From: an uncultured virus (IMG/VR IMGVR_UViG_3300044808_000084)
Lineage: Duplodnaviria; Heunggongvirae; Uroviricota; Caudoviricetes
Virus record (IMG/VR): IMGVR_UViG_3300044808_000084
Length of the DNA stretch: 64,000 nt
Direction: 5' to 3' (one strand)
Below the pieces are notes generated by a model, which saw only the letters and a list, made by a program, of their open reading frames with translations, did not search any database and was not told where the DNA came from. Both the position numbers and the translations under genes were made by a program. Shown piece by piece: positions 48,245-56,751 of this stretch. The stretch's first letter is position 1; the number at the start of each line of letters is the position of its first letter.

Positions 48245-49798
48245 ATGAACGCACAAGTAGAAAACGGCAGACTCTTGCGAGGCGCGGCGCGGCTGATTAA
48301 ACGCGGCGTGAAAGGTGCCGTCAAAGCGCGACGCAAGGCGAAGAAAGCGAAGGCGCAGCGCGCGGCGGCAGAGCGACGCGAGATCGCAGCGCAGCGGCGG
48401 GCAGAGGCGGCGCAACTCTCCAAGCTTTTCAAGCAGGACGCACAGGCACGGAAGGAGCGCGCGCGCGCAGAAGCGCAGGAACGAAGGCGGGCAGAGGGCG
48501 AGCAGCAGAGAGCGGAAGCCGCGCGCCGCAAGCGACTATTGGCCGAAAACAAAGCACAGCAGCGCGAGACGCGAATTGCAGAGCGCGAGAGGCAGCAGAT
48601 CGCGGCGCAGCAGGAACGCGCACGCAAAAGCTACACAGGCCGGATGCGACGCCGCCCGACTTACACGCAAAGTTCTCTTGACGAGTGGGCGAGCTACTCC
48701 AACCCTTCCCGCGTCGAAACGGTTGACGCCAAGCGCGCACGCCAGTTGCTCAGGCTGAACGTCGGCAATCGCCCCGTTGACAAGTCGAAGGTGAAAGGCA
48801 TCGCACAAGTGATGCGCTCCGGCATCTTCAAACGCACGAAGCCGATCACGTTCACCAACGGGCTACTCACTGACGGACAGCACACGCTGCTTGCGATCAT
48901 CGAAAGCGGGAAGGCTCAGAAGTTGAAGATCGCGCACAAGACCGTAAAGGCCAACCCCGCGCTCGCGGCACTCATGCCCGCCGCCGTCGTTATCGGCGCA
49001 ATCCCGGCCATCCCCGGCGCGATTGACGTGGTGAAGAAGGGCTACAAGGCGATCAAAAAGCGCATGGAGAAAAACCCCGCGCTCTCCTTCGATGGTCTGA
49101 AAGTGGGCGAGTGGTTCCGCTTCACGAACTCTCGGAAGGTCTGCCAGAAAAAGAGCGCGCGGACTTACTACGACCCGGCAGAAGCGCAGCAGCAGGACGC
49201 GGCGGCGCGCATGTCGAGAAGTCGGCAGTTAAAGCAGAGCGCGGGCATGTTGACGGTTAGGAGCGGGCGCGTGGGCGTGGTGAGAGTGAAGGCTAACCCG
49301 GCGACGAAGGCGAAGCGTAACAAGGCCGCGCGCCGCCCGTCGAACGTCTCGAAGCTCTACAAGACGTTTCAGGGCGTGCCGAACAGCGGCGACGTTAAAA
49401 ACTACTTCGTGCCGGAAGGTGCGCCCGCAGACCTCGCGCAACTCGGCAAGCTGGACTATCTGATTCTCGAAGACGGCCAGCGGGTGAACTTTACGAACAA
49501 TCCGGCTGTGCTGTGCGCGAGCGGCGGCGGCACGCGGCAGAAGCTTTACATCGGGCTAAAGAAGCCTTACGCGGCGCCTAACGGCATGAAGGCGGGCGAA
49601 GCGCACAACTTCGGCAAAGTTCACGAGATCGGCTACACGACGCCCAAGCCGCACCTCTACAAACGAGTTGACCCGATCAACTTCTATCACCACTTGGGAG
49701 AGGACACCGGACAGCGTCCGTCGCTCATCCTGAAAAACGGGCGGCTCGCTCTGCGCGGGCAAGCGGTTGAGATTCGCAGAGAAGGGATCGTCAACTAA
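48245..49798 (+). CDS. Basic multidomain protein with NP motifs and a ParB-like domain
   Basis: Arg-rich coiled coil; NRPV..DGQHTL ParB/Srx-like segment; repeated xNP. Confidence 0.7.
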   Translation: MNAQVENGRLLRGAARLIKRGVKGAVKARRKAKKAKAQRAAAERREIAAQRRAEAAQLSKLFKQDAQARKERARAEAQERRRAEGEQQRAEAARRKRLLAENKAQQRETRIAERERQQIAAQQERARKSYTGRMRRRPTYTQSSLDEWASYSNPSRVETVDAKRARQLLRLNVGNRPVDKSKVKGIAQVMRSGIFKRTKPITFTNGLLTDGQHTLLAIIESGKAQKLKIAHKTVKANPALAALMPAAVVIGAIPAIPGAIDVVKKGYKAIKKRMEKNPALSFDGLKVGEWFRFTNSRKVCQKKSARTYYDPAEAQQQDAAARMSRSRQLKQSAGMLTVRSGRVGVVRVKANPATKAKRNKAARRPSNVSKLYKTFQGVPNSGDVKNYFVPEGAPADLAQLGKLDYLILEDGQRVNFTNNPAVLCASGGGTRQKLYIGLKKPYAAPNGMKAGEAHNFGKVHEIGYTTPKPHLYKRVDPINFYHHLGEDTGQRPSLILKNGRLALRGQAVEIRREGIVN

Positions 49799-50034
49799 TG
49801 AAAACCGAAACGTGGATCATCCTGGGCGTTGTCGCGCTCCTCATTCTGAACAACAAACAGGAGACGACGGCGACGGCAGCAACGACGACGGGCGGCGCGG
49901 CGAACATGTTCCGCGCGGACGGCAGCACAGGGCGCACGCTAATCAACCCCGGCGCACGTATTGACAAGACGGAATTACAGGCGGGGCGTTTGCCGCTGCC
50001 GACATTCTACGCGCGCACGGATGGATCGTTTTAA
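49798..50034 (+). CDS. Small membrane protein (N-terminal TM)
   Basis: MKTETWIILGVVALLIL; TAATG coupling. Confidence 0.65.
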   Translation: MKTETWIILGVVALLILNNKQETTATAATTTGGAANMFRADGSTGRTLINPGARIDKTELQAGRLPLPTFYARTDGSF

Positions 50035-50040
50035 TTGTGA

Positions 50041-50154
50041 ATGGACACGACAACTAAAGCCGCTTTGATTGCTCTGTGTGCGTGCGCTCGTCGCGCGCTG
50101 CTAATGATCGCAGGCGGGATTGATGAGTTTGTAAAAGTTTTGAAAGCTGAATAA
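50041..50154 (+). CDS. 37-aa helical peptide MDTTTKAALIALCACARRALLMIAGGIDEFVKVLKAE
   Basis: Read by hand; followed by a long hairpin. Confidence 0.5.
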   Translation: MDTTTKAALIALCACARRALLMIAGGIDEFVKVLKAE

Positions 50155-50181
50155 GGCCACACGGTTTTAATAAATCGTCTC

Positions 50182-50243
50182 GCCGTCGTTGGGAAGGCTA
50201 CACGCGCCGCCGCGTCTCGTCTTTCGAGCGGCGGCTTTTTTTT
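50182..50243 (+). terminator. Long hairpin plus T8 (terminator or attenuator)
   Basis: GCCGTCGTTGGGAAGGC pairs with GTCTTTCGAGCGGCGGC, then TTTTTTTT. Confidence 0.7.
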
Positions 50244-50323
50244 ATTTGCACTCATTCGAGTGGAACGGCGGCGACCACAGCCGCACATCAGCAACCGCTA
50301 ATGAGCGGCAAGGGAGCAAGTCA

Positions 50324-51028
50324 ATGGCACGACAAATCAAGCGCAACAGAGCGGGAGTCGCGCGGGTGCATAACCCCAAATTCCCCCTCGCGCTGCAAAC
50401 GAAAGGAACAAACAAAGTGGCTGCAAAAGCAAGCAATCCGAAACGCAGAAAGAAAAGCCGCCGCCGCAACTCGACCAAACCGGCAGCGGCCACGTCCGCG
50501 CGGCGCAACCCGACGCGCACCGTCCGCGCCGCCGCCAAGAATCCGGCGAAGCGCGCGGCCAATCCCCGCCGTCGTCGCACAGGCTCGAAGCGCGGGCGTC
50601 GCAACCCGTTCCGCAACGGTCTGAGCAAGTTGGCCGTGGGCGACTTCGGCATTAAGGACATTCTCGGCGTGGCGGCGGGTGCGATGGGTTCACAGATTAT
50701 CGTCAACGCTCTGCCGCTCGGCACGCCGGGATCGTGGCTCAACATCGGTGAACAACTCGGCATCGCCTACGCGGTTTCGAAGTTCGCCCCGCGCTCGATT
50801 CGCAAGAGCATGACAGCCGGTGCGCTGGCCGCGCCCGCCGTCGCCATCGTGAACAAACTCGTTCCGAATTTGCAATCGAAGATTCAGTCCTATCTGCCGC
50901 AGGTCAACCTACTCGGCAGCGGCGCGGCGGCGAGCGGCGCAGGCATCGCGGGCTTGGTGGACTATCGCCCATACCCCGGCATGTCCGGACTCGTGGACGT
51001 TGCCGCAGGCTCGCCCGCTTACTACTAA
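50324..51028 (+). CDS. Arg/Lys-rich NP-repeat protein with hydrophobic C-terminal half (core/membrane protein)
   Basis: Six NP motifs in a basic N-terminus; alternative GTG start at 50417 with RBS AAAGGA; directly upstream of the capsid-like gene. Confidence 0.75.
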   Translation: MARQIKRNRAGVARVHNPKFPLALQTKGTNKVAAKASNPKRRKKSRRRNSTKPAAATSARRNPTRTVRAAAKNPAKRAANPRRRRTGSKRGRRNPFRNGLSKLAVGDFGIKDILGVAAGAMGSQIIVNALPLGTPGSWLNIGEQLGIAYAVSKFAPRSIRKSMTAGALAAPAVAIVNKLVPNLQSKIQSYLPQVNLLGSGAAASGAGIAGLVDYRPYPGMSGLVDVAAGSPAYY

Positions 51029-51109
51029 ACCCGGCGCGGAAGGCTCGCGTCTTCCGTTCGCCATTGAAGCGCGTGCTAGGGAAAACCGGCCACGCGCGGG
51101 AGAAACAAA

Positions 51110-51844
51110 ATGGCAGATTTAGGAATGTTCGACTGGCGCAGACCGGACGGCTTTTATGAGCGCAAATCGCTCGAATCGCTCGACGGAATCAGCGCGCAGC
51201 AATACAACCAGATGTTCAAAGGCCAGATTAAGGGCGCGTCGGATCACATCAGATTCGACACGCTCTCTATCGTCGCTGGCACGGCGGTTGGTCTGACCGA
51301 AAAAAGCCTCTTCACCGTTCCCGTCAACACCAACGGAACGACGGCGGACGGCGGCACGACCTACAAGAAAGATCGCGCCGACACCAACATGAGAGTCGCC
51401 AATGAGATGGAGAGCGGCAACGTTCTCATCGTGGAGTCTTTTCAGGTGGAGGCGTTCGTCCCTTCGGCCATCGCCACCGCCGACACGCGCAACCGCATCA
51501 CCGACCCGACCGCCGTGGCGGGCGCGACGCTCTCCCCGACCCTGAACCTCCTTCCTATCCTCCGCGACTCGTGGATTGACTTCAAGATCGGAGATCGCAC
51601 GGTGCTCGAAGGCCGTCCGATTGACTTCCCGCAGGCGGGCGGCATTTCGGGTTTCGGCGGCGGCGTGGAAGACGGCGGCGCGCAGAACGGACCCGGCTTC
51701 GCCAAGTATCTGCGCGAAGTTGTCGTGCTCGGTCCCGGCATTCAGTTCTACATCACGTGGACGCCGTTCATCAACACCACGCCGACGCTCGACATCAACC
51801 TCGTCTTCAAGCTCGCGGGCGTGCGCCTGCGGCCTGTCGGCTAA
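51110..51844 (+). CDS. Putative major capsid protein (single jelly-roll)
   Basis: RBS GGAG; beta-rich; K..ADTNM motif; C-terminal LVFKLAGVRLRPV strand; position in the operon (fold inferred). Confidence 0.6.
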   Translation: MADLGMFDWRRPDGFYERKSLESLDGISAQQYNQMFKGQIKGASDHIRFDTLSIVAGTAVGLTEKSLFTVPVNTNGTTADGGTTYKKDRADTNMRVANEMESGNVLIVESFQVEAFVPSAIATADTRNRITDPTAVAGATLSPTLNLLPILRDSWIDFKIGDRTVLEGRPIDFPQAGGISGFGGGVEDGGAQNGPGFAKYLREVVVLGPGIQFYITWTPFINTTPTLDINLVFKLAGVRLRPVG

Positions 51845-51889
51845 TCAGCGCAGACGGCGCGAACAACACAGAAAAGGAGAAGCAAGGCA

Positions 51890-52096
51890 ATGGCTAAAGT
51901 GAAATTGAGCACCGGGCGCGAGGTTGACACGGACAAAATCCTGACACATCGCAATCTCGGTCCCTACGTCGAAATCCAGATGAAGACCGGAGACGAGCGC
52001 GTGACGGACGACATCAACGTGAGTTTTGACGACTGGAAGATGATCGCAGATGCGCGCGAGCAGAAGGCGGAGCAAGCCGCGCAAGCGGGCGCATAA
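51890..52096 (+). CDS. Small hypothetical protein
   Basis: RBS AAAGGAG. Confidence 0.65.
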   Translation: MAKVKLSTGREVDTDKILTHRNLGPYVEIQMKTGDERVTDDINVSFDDWKMIADAREQKAEQAAQAGA

Positions 52097-52167
52097 CAGC
52101 AACGCAGATTTCCCGCGCTTGATGAGTGTTGAGCCTGACGGCGCGGGCGCAGTTTCGAAGGTGTGTA

Positions 52168-52911
52168 ATGGCTAACGAAAAAGTAGGGCGTTGCTTCTGG
52201 CTTCCCGTCGCCGTTCCGTTGACCTCAACGGTCAACGAAGTGCAAACGGGAATGTCGCCGGAAGCGAAGGAAAATTTGCGAATCGTCGCCGCGCTCACCA
52301 ACCTCTCTGTCTCGTCGGCTAAGGTGCGGGACCTGTCGGGCGCGGTTAACGTGGCGAATGAATATCTCCCCCTGCTCTCCATGTTCGGCAAGCGCGGCTC
52401 TCCGCGCCCCGCGTTCTACTACCCCGTTCCGCTGCCGCTCAAGTTCGGCAACCGCATCGAAGTGGAACTAAAGAACGCGGCAGTGGGCGCAGAGGCGGCG
52501 GGGCACGCTGTTTTTATCGGTCTACCAGAAGAAGCCGAACAGGGAACGATCACGGACATCGAACAGCGCGGCAATCCTTCCGGCTTCTCGCTGGACGCGG
52601 GCTTGTCGGGCGTGGCAAATGAAATCACCACGAAAACGTCAACCGAGTTGGATCGAGACTTCATCATCCACGGCGCGTTCACTGACTTACAAAGCGCACA
52701 GGTAAGAATAACCGGCGTGCGCGGCGAACAGTGGATGAGCGACTTTACGCCGGTTTGGGGCTTGGCCGGCCGCGCGACTGACGACATCCCAACCTTTTAC
52801 TGGCCGCGTCGCTACCTCATCCCCAAAGGCTCGACCATCACAGTTGACTTCAAAAACGTGGGAGCGGAAGCGGCGGGCTTGAAACTCTTCTTCGTGGGGC
52901 AAAAATTATGA
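52168..52911 (+). CDS. Putative capsid protein made of two tandem jelly-roll-like repeats
   Basis: Internal duplication: PAFYYPVPLPLKFGNRIEVELKN..GAEAAG vs PTFYWPRRYLIPKGSTITVDFKN.GAEAAG. Confidence 0.6.
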   Translation: MANEKVGRCFWLPVAVPLTSTVNEVQTGMSPEAKENLRIVAALTNLSVSSAKVRDLSGAVNVANEYLPLLSMFGKRGSPRPAFYYPVPLPLKFGNRIEVELKNAAVGAEAAGHAVFIGLPEEAEQGTITDIEQRGNPSGFSLDAGLSGVANEITTKTSTELDRDFIIHGAFTDLQSAQVRITGVRGEQWMSDFTPVWGLAGRATDDIPTFYWPRRYLIPKGSTITVDFKNVGAEAAGLKLFFVGQKL

Positions 52912-53393
52912 ATGACACCGGACAAGCCATCGTCGCCATAGCCCAACTCGCGGAGGCACCCGTTGGCTTGGTACGACATTGTATTGCGGACGTTCGGATC
53001 ACAGGCATCGCGGACGTGCAAGAGTTCTACGGCGACACCTTCATCGTACCGGACGGCAAGGTGCTTGTCGTCACGCGGATTAACCTCTGGACGCTATACA
53101 GGAGCGACGCTCAGGGTCTCAACTTCACGGCGCAAGAGTTGACGGACTCACTCGGTGTTATAGGGAATCTCCGCATTTCACACAACAACACGATCATCGA
53201 ACCGGCTACTAATTATCACGCCTGCGTTGGCGACGTGTTGAAGGTATATCCGGCTGGCACGGTCAAGATCGATGTTGCCCCGACAGAAGGAACGGCGGAA
53301 TACACCCTTGTGGTTTACGTGCGCTTGCACGGCTTTCTACTTCCCGCCGCGTATGAAGCGAACCTACGCCGCTTTGAGACAAGGAGACTGTAG
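52908..53393 (+). CDS. Putative minor capsid/penton-like jelly-roll protein
   Basis: FIVPDGKVLVVTRI..VYVRLHGFL beta pattern; ATGA coupling. Confidence 0.5.
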   Translation: MNDTGQAIVAIAQLAEAPVGLVRHCIADVRITGIADVQEFYGDTFIVPDGKVLVVTRINLWTLYRSDAQGLNFTAQELTDSLGVIGNLRISHNNTIIEPATNYHACVGDVLKVYPAGTVKIDVAPTEGTAEYTLVVYVRLHGFLLPAAYEANLRRFETRRL

Positions 53394-53395
53394 AC

Positions 53396-53824
53396 ATGGC
53401 GCGGGAAACATTCCTCAGACTGAAACAAGTGTGGCAACTCGGCATCGCCATTATGGCGAGCGGCCAGAATCCTGACGGCACGGACTACACGTTGCCCGTC
53501 TCCGTCTCCGGCACAAGCTCTCCGGCTGTCACCGCCACGGAAGTTGCGAGCGGCGCGGGCGACGCGGCGGCGATTGTAGCCACGCCCGGTTTGCGCCTCC
53601 TGGGCTTCACCATCACGGACAGCGGCGGCGTGGACATTGCGAAAGCGGCCATCCGAAACGGCACTACAGCCGCCGATCCGGTTATCGCGCGCGGCTCTGC
53701 CGACATTGACGAAAGCCGCGACTACATCATACCGGGCGGCGGCGTGCCCTGCGCGGCGGGCGTCTTCGTTGATCGCAATGGCGGCACTTCCACCATCACA
53801 CTTTACACGGCGGTCATTTCGTAA
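53396..53824 (+). CDS. Putative spike-base protein
   Basis: Small beta-rich protein (LLGFTI..IRNGTTA..GVFV) just before the fibre gene. Confidence 0.5.
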   Translation: MARETFLRLKQVWQLGIAIMASGQNPDGTDYTLPVSVSGTSSPAVTATEVASGAGDAAAIVATPGLRLLGFTITDSGGVDIAKAAIRNGTTAADPVIARGSADIDESRDYIIPGGGVPCAAGVFVDRNGGTSTITLYTAVIS

Positions 53825-54726
53825 TGAAAAAGCTACTTTCAATCATCGCGCTACTCTTCATCGTCGCGCCCGTCGCCAGTCCGCAGAGCACGGCGACGCG
53901 GCGGCGTCCTGTTACCTTCGCCAACCTCGGCACGCCCACGGACGGCAACACGCGCTACTGTTCGGACTGTGCGCCGACCGCGCCGTGTACAGGTGGCGGC
54001 TCAGGTGCCATCGCGGAGCGCGTGGCGGGCGCGTGGAACTGCAACACAGGCGCGCCGGGGCAAGCGGCGGACTCAGACCTAACCGCCATCGCTGTGCTCT
54101 CCCCTTCGAATGACGACATCATTCAGCGCAAAAGCGGCGCGTGGACAAACCGGACAATCGCCCAACTTAAGGCCGATCTCGCGCTCGCCTCAACGAACTC
54201 TCCAACCTTTGCGAGCCTGACTCTCACGGCGGGATTGACGACGGACACGACCACGCTTGTAGTTGACGCAACGAATGATCGCGTCGGCATCGGCATTGCA
54301 AGCCCCGTCAGTAAGCTGCAAATTTTAGGCTCTGGCGCGGCGGGCGGCGCGGGCGATGCGACGATGCGACTATCGCGCAATGTCACCGGACACGCCGCGC
54401 TCGTTTCGATGGACACGAGCACCGTGGCGACCGCCGCCGATCCTGAATACATCATGGGGAAGGTGGCGAACGAAAACGGCTTTTCTATCTCCACTTGGGA
54501 CGGCAGCGCGTTGACGAAAAGATTAGAGTTGACGACGACGGGCAGCACGGTTGCCGGAGCACCCGCCGCGCTCGCCACTACCGCGACGGACGGCTTTCTG
54601 TACATCCCTACTACTGCCGGAACGCCAACGGGAATTCCAACCTCTGTAACTGGAAAGGTAGCGATGGTCTACAACACGGCGGGCAATCAGTTGTGCGTCT
54701 ACAACGCGGGTTGGCGTTGCTTCTAA
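53824..54726 (+). CDS. Fibre/spike protein with signal peptide
   Basis: MKKLLSIIALLFIVAPVAS; DATNDRVGIGIASPVSKLQI fibre motif; segment shared with 3940..5622. Confidence 0.7.
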   Translation: MKKLLSIIALLFIVAPVASPQSTATRRRPVTFANLGTPTDGNTRYCSDCAPTAPCTGGGSGAIAERVAGAWNCNTGAPGQAADSDLTAIAVLSPSNDDIIQRKSGAWTNRTIAQLKADLALASTNSPTFASLTLTAGLTTDTTTLVVDATNDRVGIGIASPVSKLQILGSGAAGGAGDATMRLSRNVTGHAALVSMDTSTVATAADPEYIMGKVANENGFSISTWDGSALTKRLELTTTGSTVAGAPAALATTATDGFLYIPTTAGTPTGIPTSVTGKVAMVYNTAGNQLCVYNAGWRCF

Positions 54727-54727
54727 T

Positions 54728-55228
54728 ATGATTCTTTCGGCCTCACAACTTCAAAGCGTGTTGAGACAGGCGGGCTGGCCTGAGTCTCTTATTGTAACAA
54801 TGACTGCCATCGGTCTTGCGGAGTCGTCCGGCAACACGACCGCGCTCAACGCAAGAGGCGAGCACAGTGTTGGCCTCTTCCAGATCAACATGAACGCGCA
54901 CGGCACGCGCTTCGGAACACAGGCTCAGTTATACGACCCTCTAACGAACGCGCGAGCGGCTCTAACGCTTTACAACGAGCGGCAGCGCGAGGGAAAGCGA
55001 AACGGACTCACGCACTGGGGCGCATTCACTGACGGCCGCTACAGACAATATCTCTCCGCAAGTCAGGCAGCCTACAACGCCATCAGCGGAGCGGCGGGCG
55101 CGGCTTCGAACTTCGTCAACAACGCGACGGGCGCGGCGGCGAACTTCATGGACGACGATCAAGCACTCGGCGGCATGGCGGGAATCTTCCTGCTCGGCTT
55201 GGGGTTGATAATTTTGCTGCGAAGGTGA
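54728..55228 (+). CDS. Lytic transglycosylase with C-terminal TM
   Basis: AIGLAESSG..SVGLFQIN..DPLTNARAA; TM followed by RR. Confidence 0.85.
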   Translation: MILSASQLQSVLRQAGWPESLIVTMTAIGLAESSGNTTALNARGEHSVGLFQINMNAHGTRFGTQAQLYDPLTNARAALTLYNERQREGKRNGLTHWGAFTDGRYRQYLSASQAAYNAISGAAGAASNFVNNATGAAANFMDDDQALGGMAGIFLLGLGLIILLRR

Positions 55229-55238
55229 CAACAACAAC

Positions 55239-55520
55239 ATGGACACAACGACTTATCAAATTCTGAAAAACGTCGCCGGATCGCTCGTGCGTGCGGCACT
55301 CGTCGCGCTCGGCACTTGGCTCTTGTCGAAGGGCTACATTGACGACGAGACGCGCGGGCAGATCAACGGACACGCCGGAGAAATCACGGCGGGCGTGTTG
55401 ACGGTTGGCGCATCCCTCGCGTGGGCGGCATGGCAAAAGATTCACGTCAACAAGAAAGTGGACAAAGCACTCGACATGCCCGCTGGCACTTCGCGCGAGT
55501 CGTTGGAAAAAGCAAACTAA
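55239..55520 (+). CDS. Holin-like membrane protein
   Basis: Two hydrophobic helices; follows the SLT gene. Confidence 0.6.
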   Translation: MDTTTYQILKNVAGSLVRAALVALGTWLLSKGYIDDETRGQINGHAGEITAGVLTVGASLAWAAWQKIHVNKKVDKALDMPAGTSRESLEKAN

Positions 55521-55524
55521 GATT

Positions 55525-56100
55525 ATGAGCGGCGCACCAACGACAGACGCGCCTCGCAATATGCCTTATCGTATCGCATCGTTGGCCGCGTCTCACCCGC
55601 TTGCCTTGAAAGCATTGGCGGTAGGCTACTCCGGCGCGTTCAGTGCCTTCGTCGGTGAGATGATTACCGGGCGGGAAGTCTTCGCGGCAATTCTCGGCGT
55701 GGCGTCGGCTCTCATCACGGCTTACTTCGCCACCAAGCCCGCCGTCATGCGTGCCCGCATCGAAGAACACGCGCAGGAGGTGACGGAACAGGAAAACTCC
55801 GACAGCCGGAGAGACAGGCTACATGCGCGCGAGTTGGCCTTCGAGCAACGACGGACGCAATACCACATCAAGCGGGAAAACCTCGCACGCAGGAGCAAGC
55901 ACAACGCGCTTAACGAAGTCAACCGGGCGTACTTCTACATCCACGAGCTACAACGCCTCATGGTCAACAAGCATTTAGACTTTCAGGAGTTTGAGTTTAA
56001 GACTTCCGACGCGATATGCGGCGAAGAGGATCGCCAGCTTGAAATGATCGAGCCGCCCGAAAGTATTGAGACGAGCGGACAGCATTCGACGCAAACATAA
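55525..56100 (+). CDS. Membrane protein with coiled coil
   Basis: Two TM-like segments followed by a charged helix. Confidence 0.6.
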   Translation: MSGAPTTDAPRNMPYRIASLAASHPLALKALAVGYSGAFSAFVGEMITGREVFAAILGVASALITAYFATKPAVMRARIEEHAQEVTEQENSDSRRDRLHARELAFEQRRTQYHIKRENLARRSKHNALNEVNRAYFYIHELQRLMVNKHLDFQEFEFKTSDAICGEEDRQLEMIEPPESIETSGQHSTQT

Positions 56101-56151
56101 TTCCTTCCACCAACTAAAGCCACAACTCACACCCGCCAACCACACGGACGA

Positions 56152-56199
56152 AGGCCGCGCCCCTATCTGAGCAAAGAAAGGGCGCGGCCTCTTAATTTT
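56152..56199 (+). terminator. Terminator between convergent operons
   Basis: AGGCCGCGCCC..GGGCGCGGCCT. Confidence 0.6.
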
Positions 56200-56207
56200 G
56201 AACTTGT

Positions 56208-56513
56208 TTATTTTGGATCGTCTTGCCAGTGGATAAGACCACGCCACGCCCGCCGATAGACTTGGCGATAGCCTAGAATCGCAAACCCTTCATCATTGCG
56301 ACCCTTTATGTAGCTCTCCTGCTTAAAGCCGTCCTCAATGCGCTCGACAAAGCCCAAAGCCTCGAAGTAACGCATAAGCCGTCTAATGCCGCGCCGTGAA
56401 ATGTTGAAACGATTCGACACTAAAACTTGTTCTATGCGCCGCTCTGTGATTTTGCCTTGTGCGTTCCAAACTTGTGTGAGAAAGGCCAGCACTTTTGTTT
56501 TAGGTGTAGGCAT
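56208..56513 (-). CDS. Hypothetical wHTH-like protein
   Basis: ISRRGIRRLMRYFEALGFVER; low GC. Confidence 0.55.
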   Translation of the reverse strand: MPTPKTKVLAFLTQVWNAQGKITERRIEQVLVSNRFNISRRGIRRLMRYFEALGFVERIEDGFKQESYIKGRNDEGFAILGYRQVYRRAWRGLIHWQDDPK

Positions 56514-56514
56514 C

Positions 56515-56751
56515 TTAGATCGGTCTGATGTGTGAACTTAAAAGATAGACTTTTAGATTCGCGTCTGAAAATTCAACGGCATGTTGTTTCTCGACAAGAG
56601 AAGACAGCGCAGACCTTAAATCCCTGTCTGATGGGCTAACATTAAAACTCTCGACTAAAGCCCTTCTAATCAGAGGCAAGCTGATAGCTTTATCTTGGGC
56701 GTGTAGCACCAACACGTCCACAACCTTTTCTTCAAGTTCGCTGCTACTCAT
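56515..56751 (-). CDS. Hypothetical wHTH-like protein
   Basis: Coupled to the resolvase gene; low GC. Confidence 0.55.
   Translation of the reverse strand: MSSSELEEKVVDVLVLHAQDKAISLPLIRRALVESFNVSPSDRDLRSALSSLVEKQHAVEFSDANLKVYLLSSHIRPI

Noticed and set aside
44172..56100. Filamentous (inovirus) prophage
   Set aside because: No Zot/pI ATPase or rolling-circle Rep is visible; beta-rich capsid-like genes, lysis-type genes and a P4 primase argue against it.
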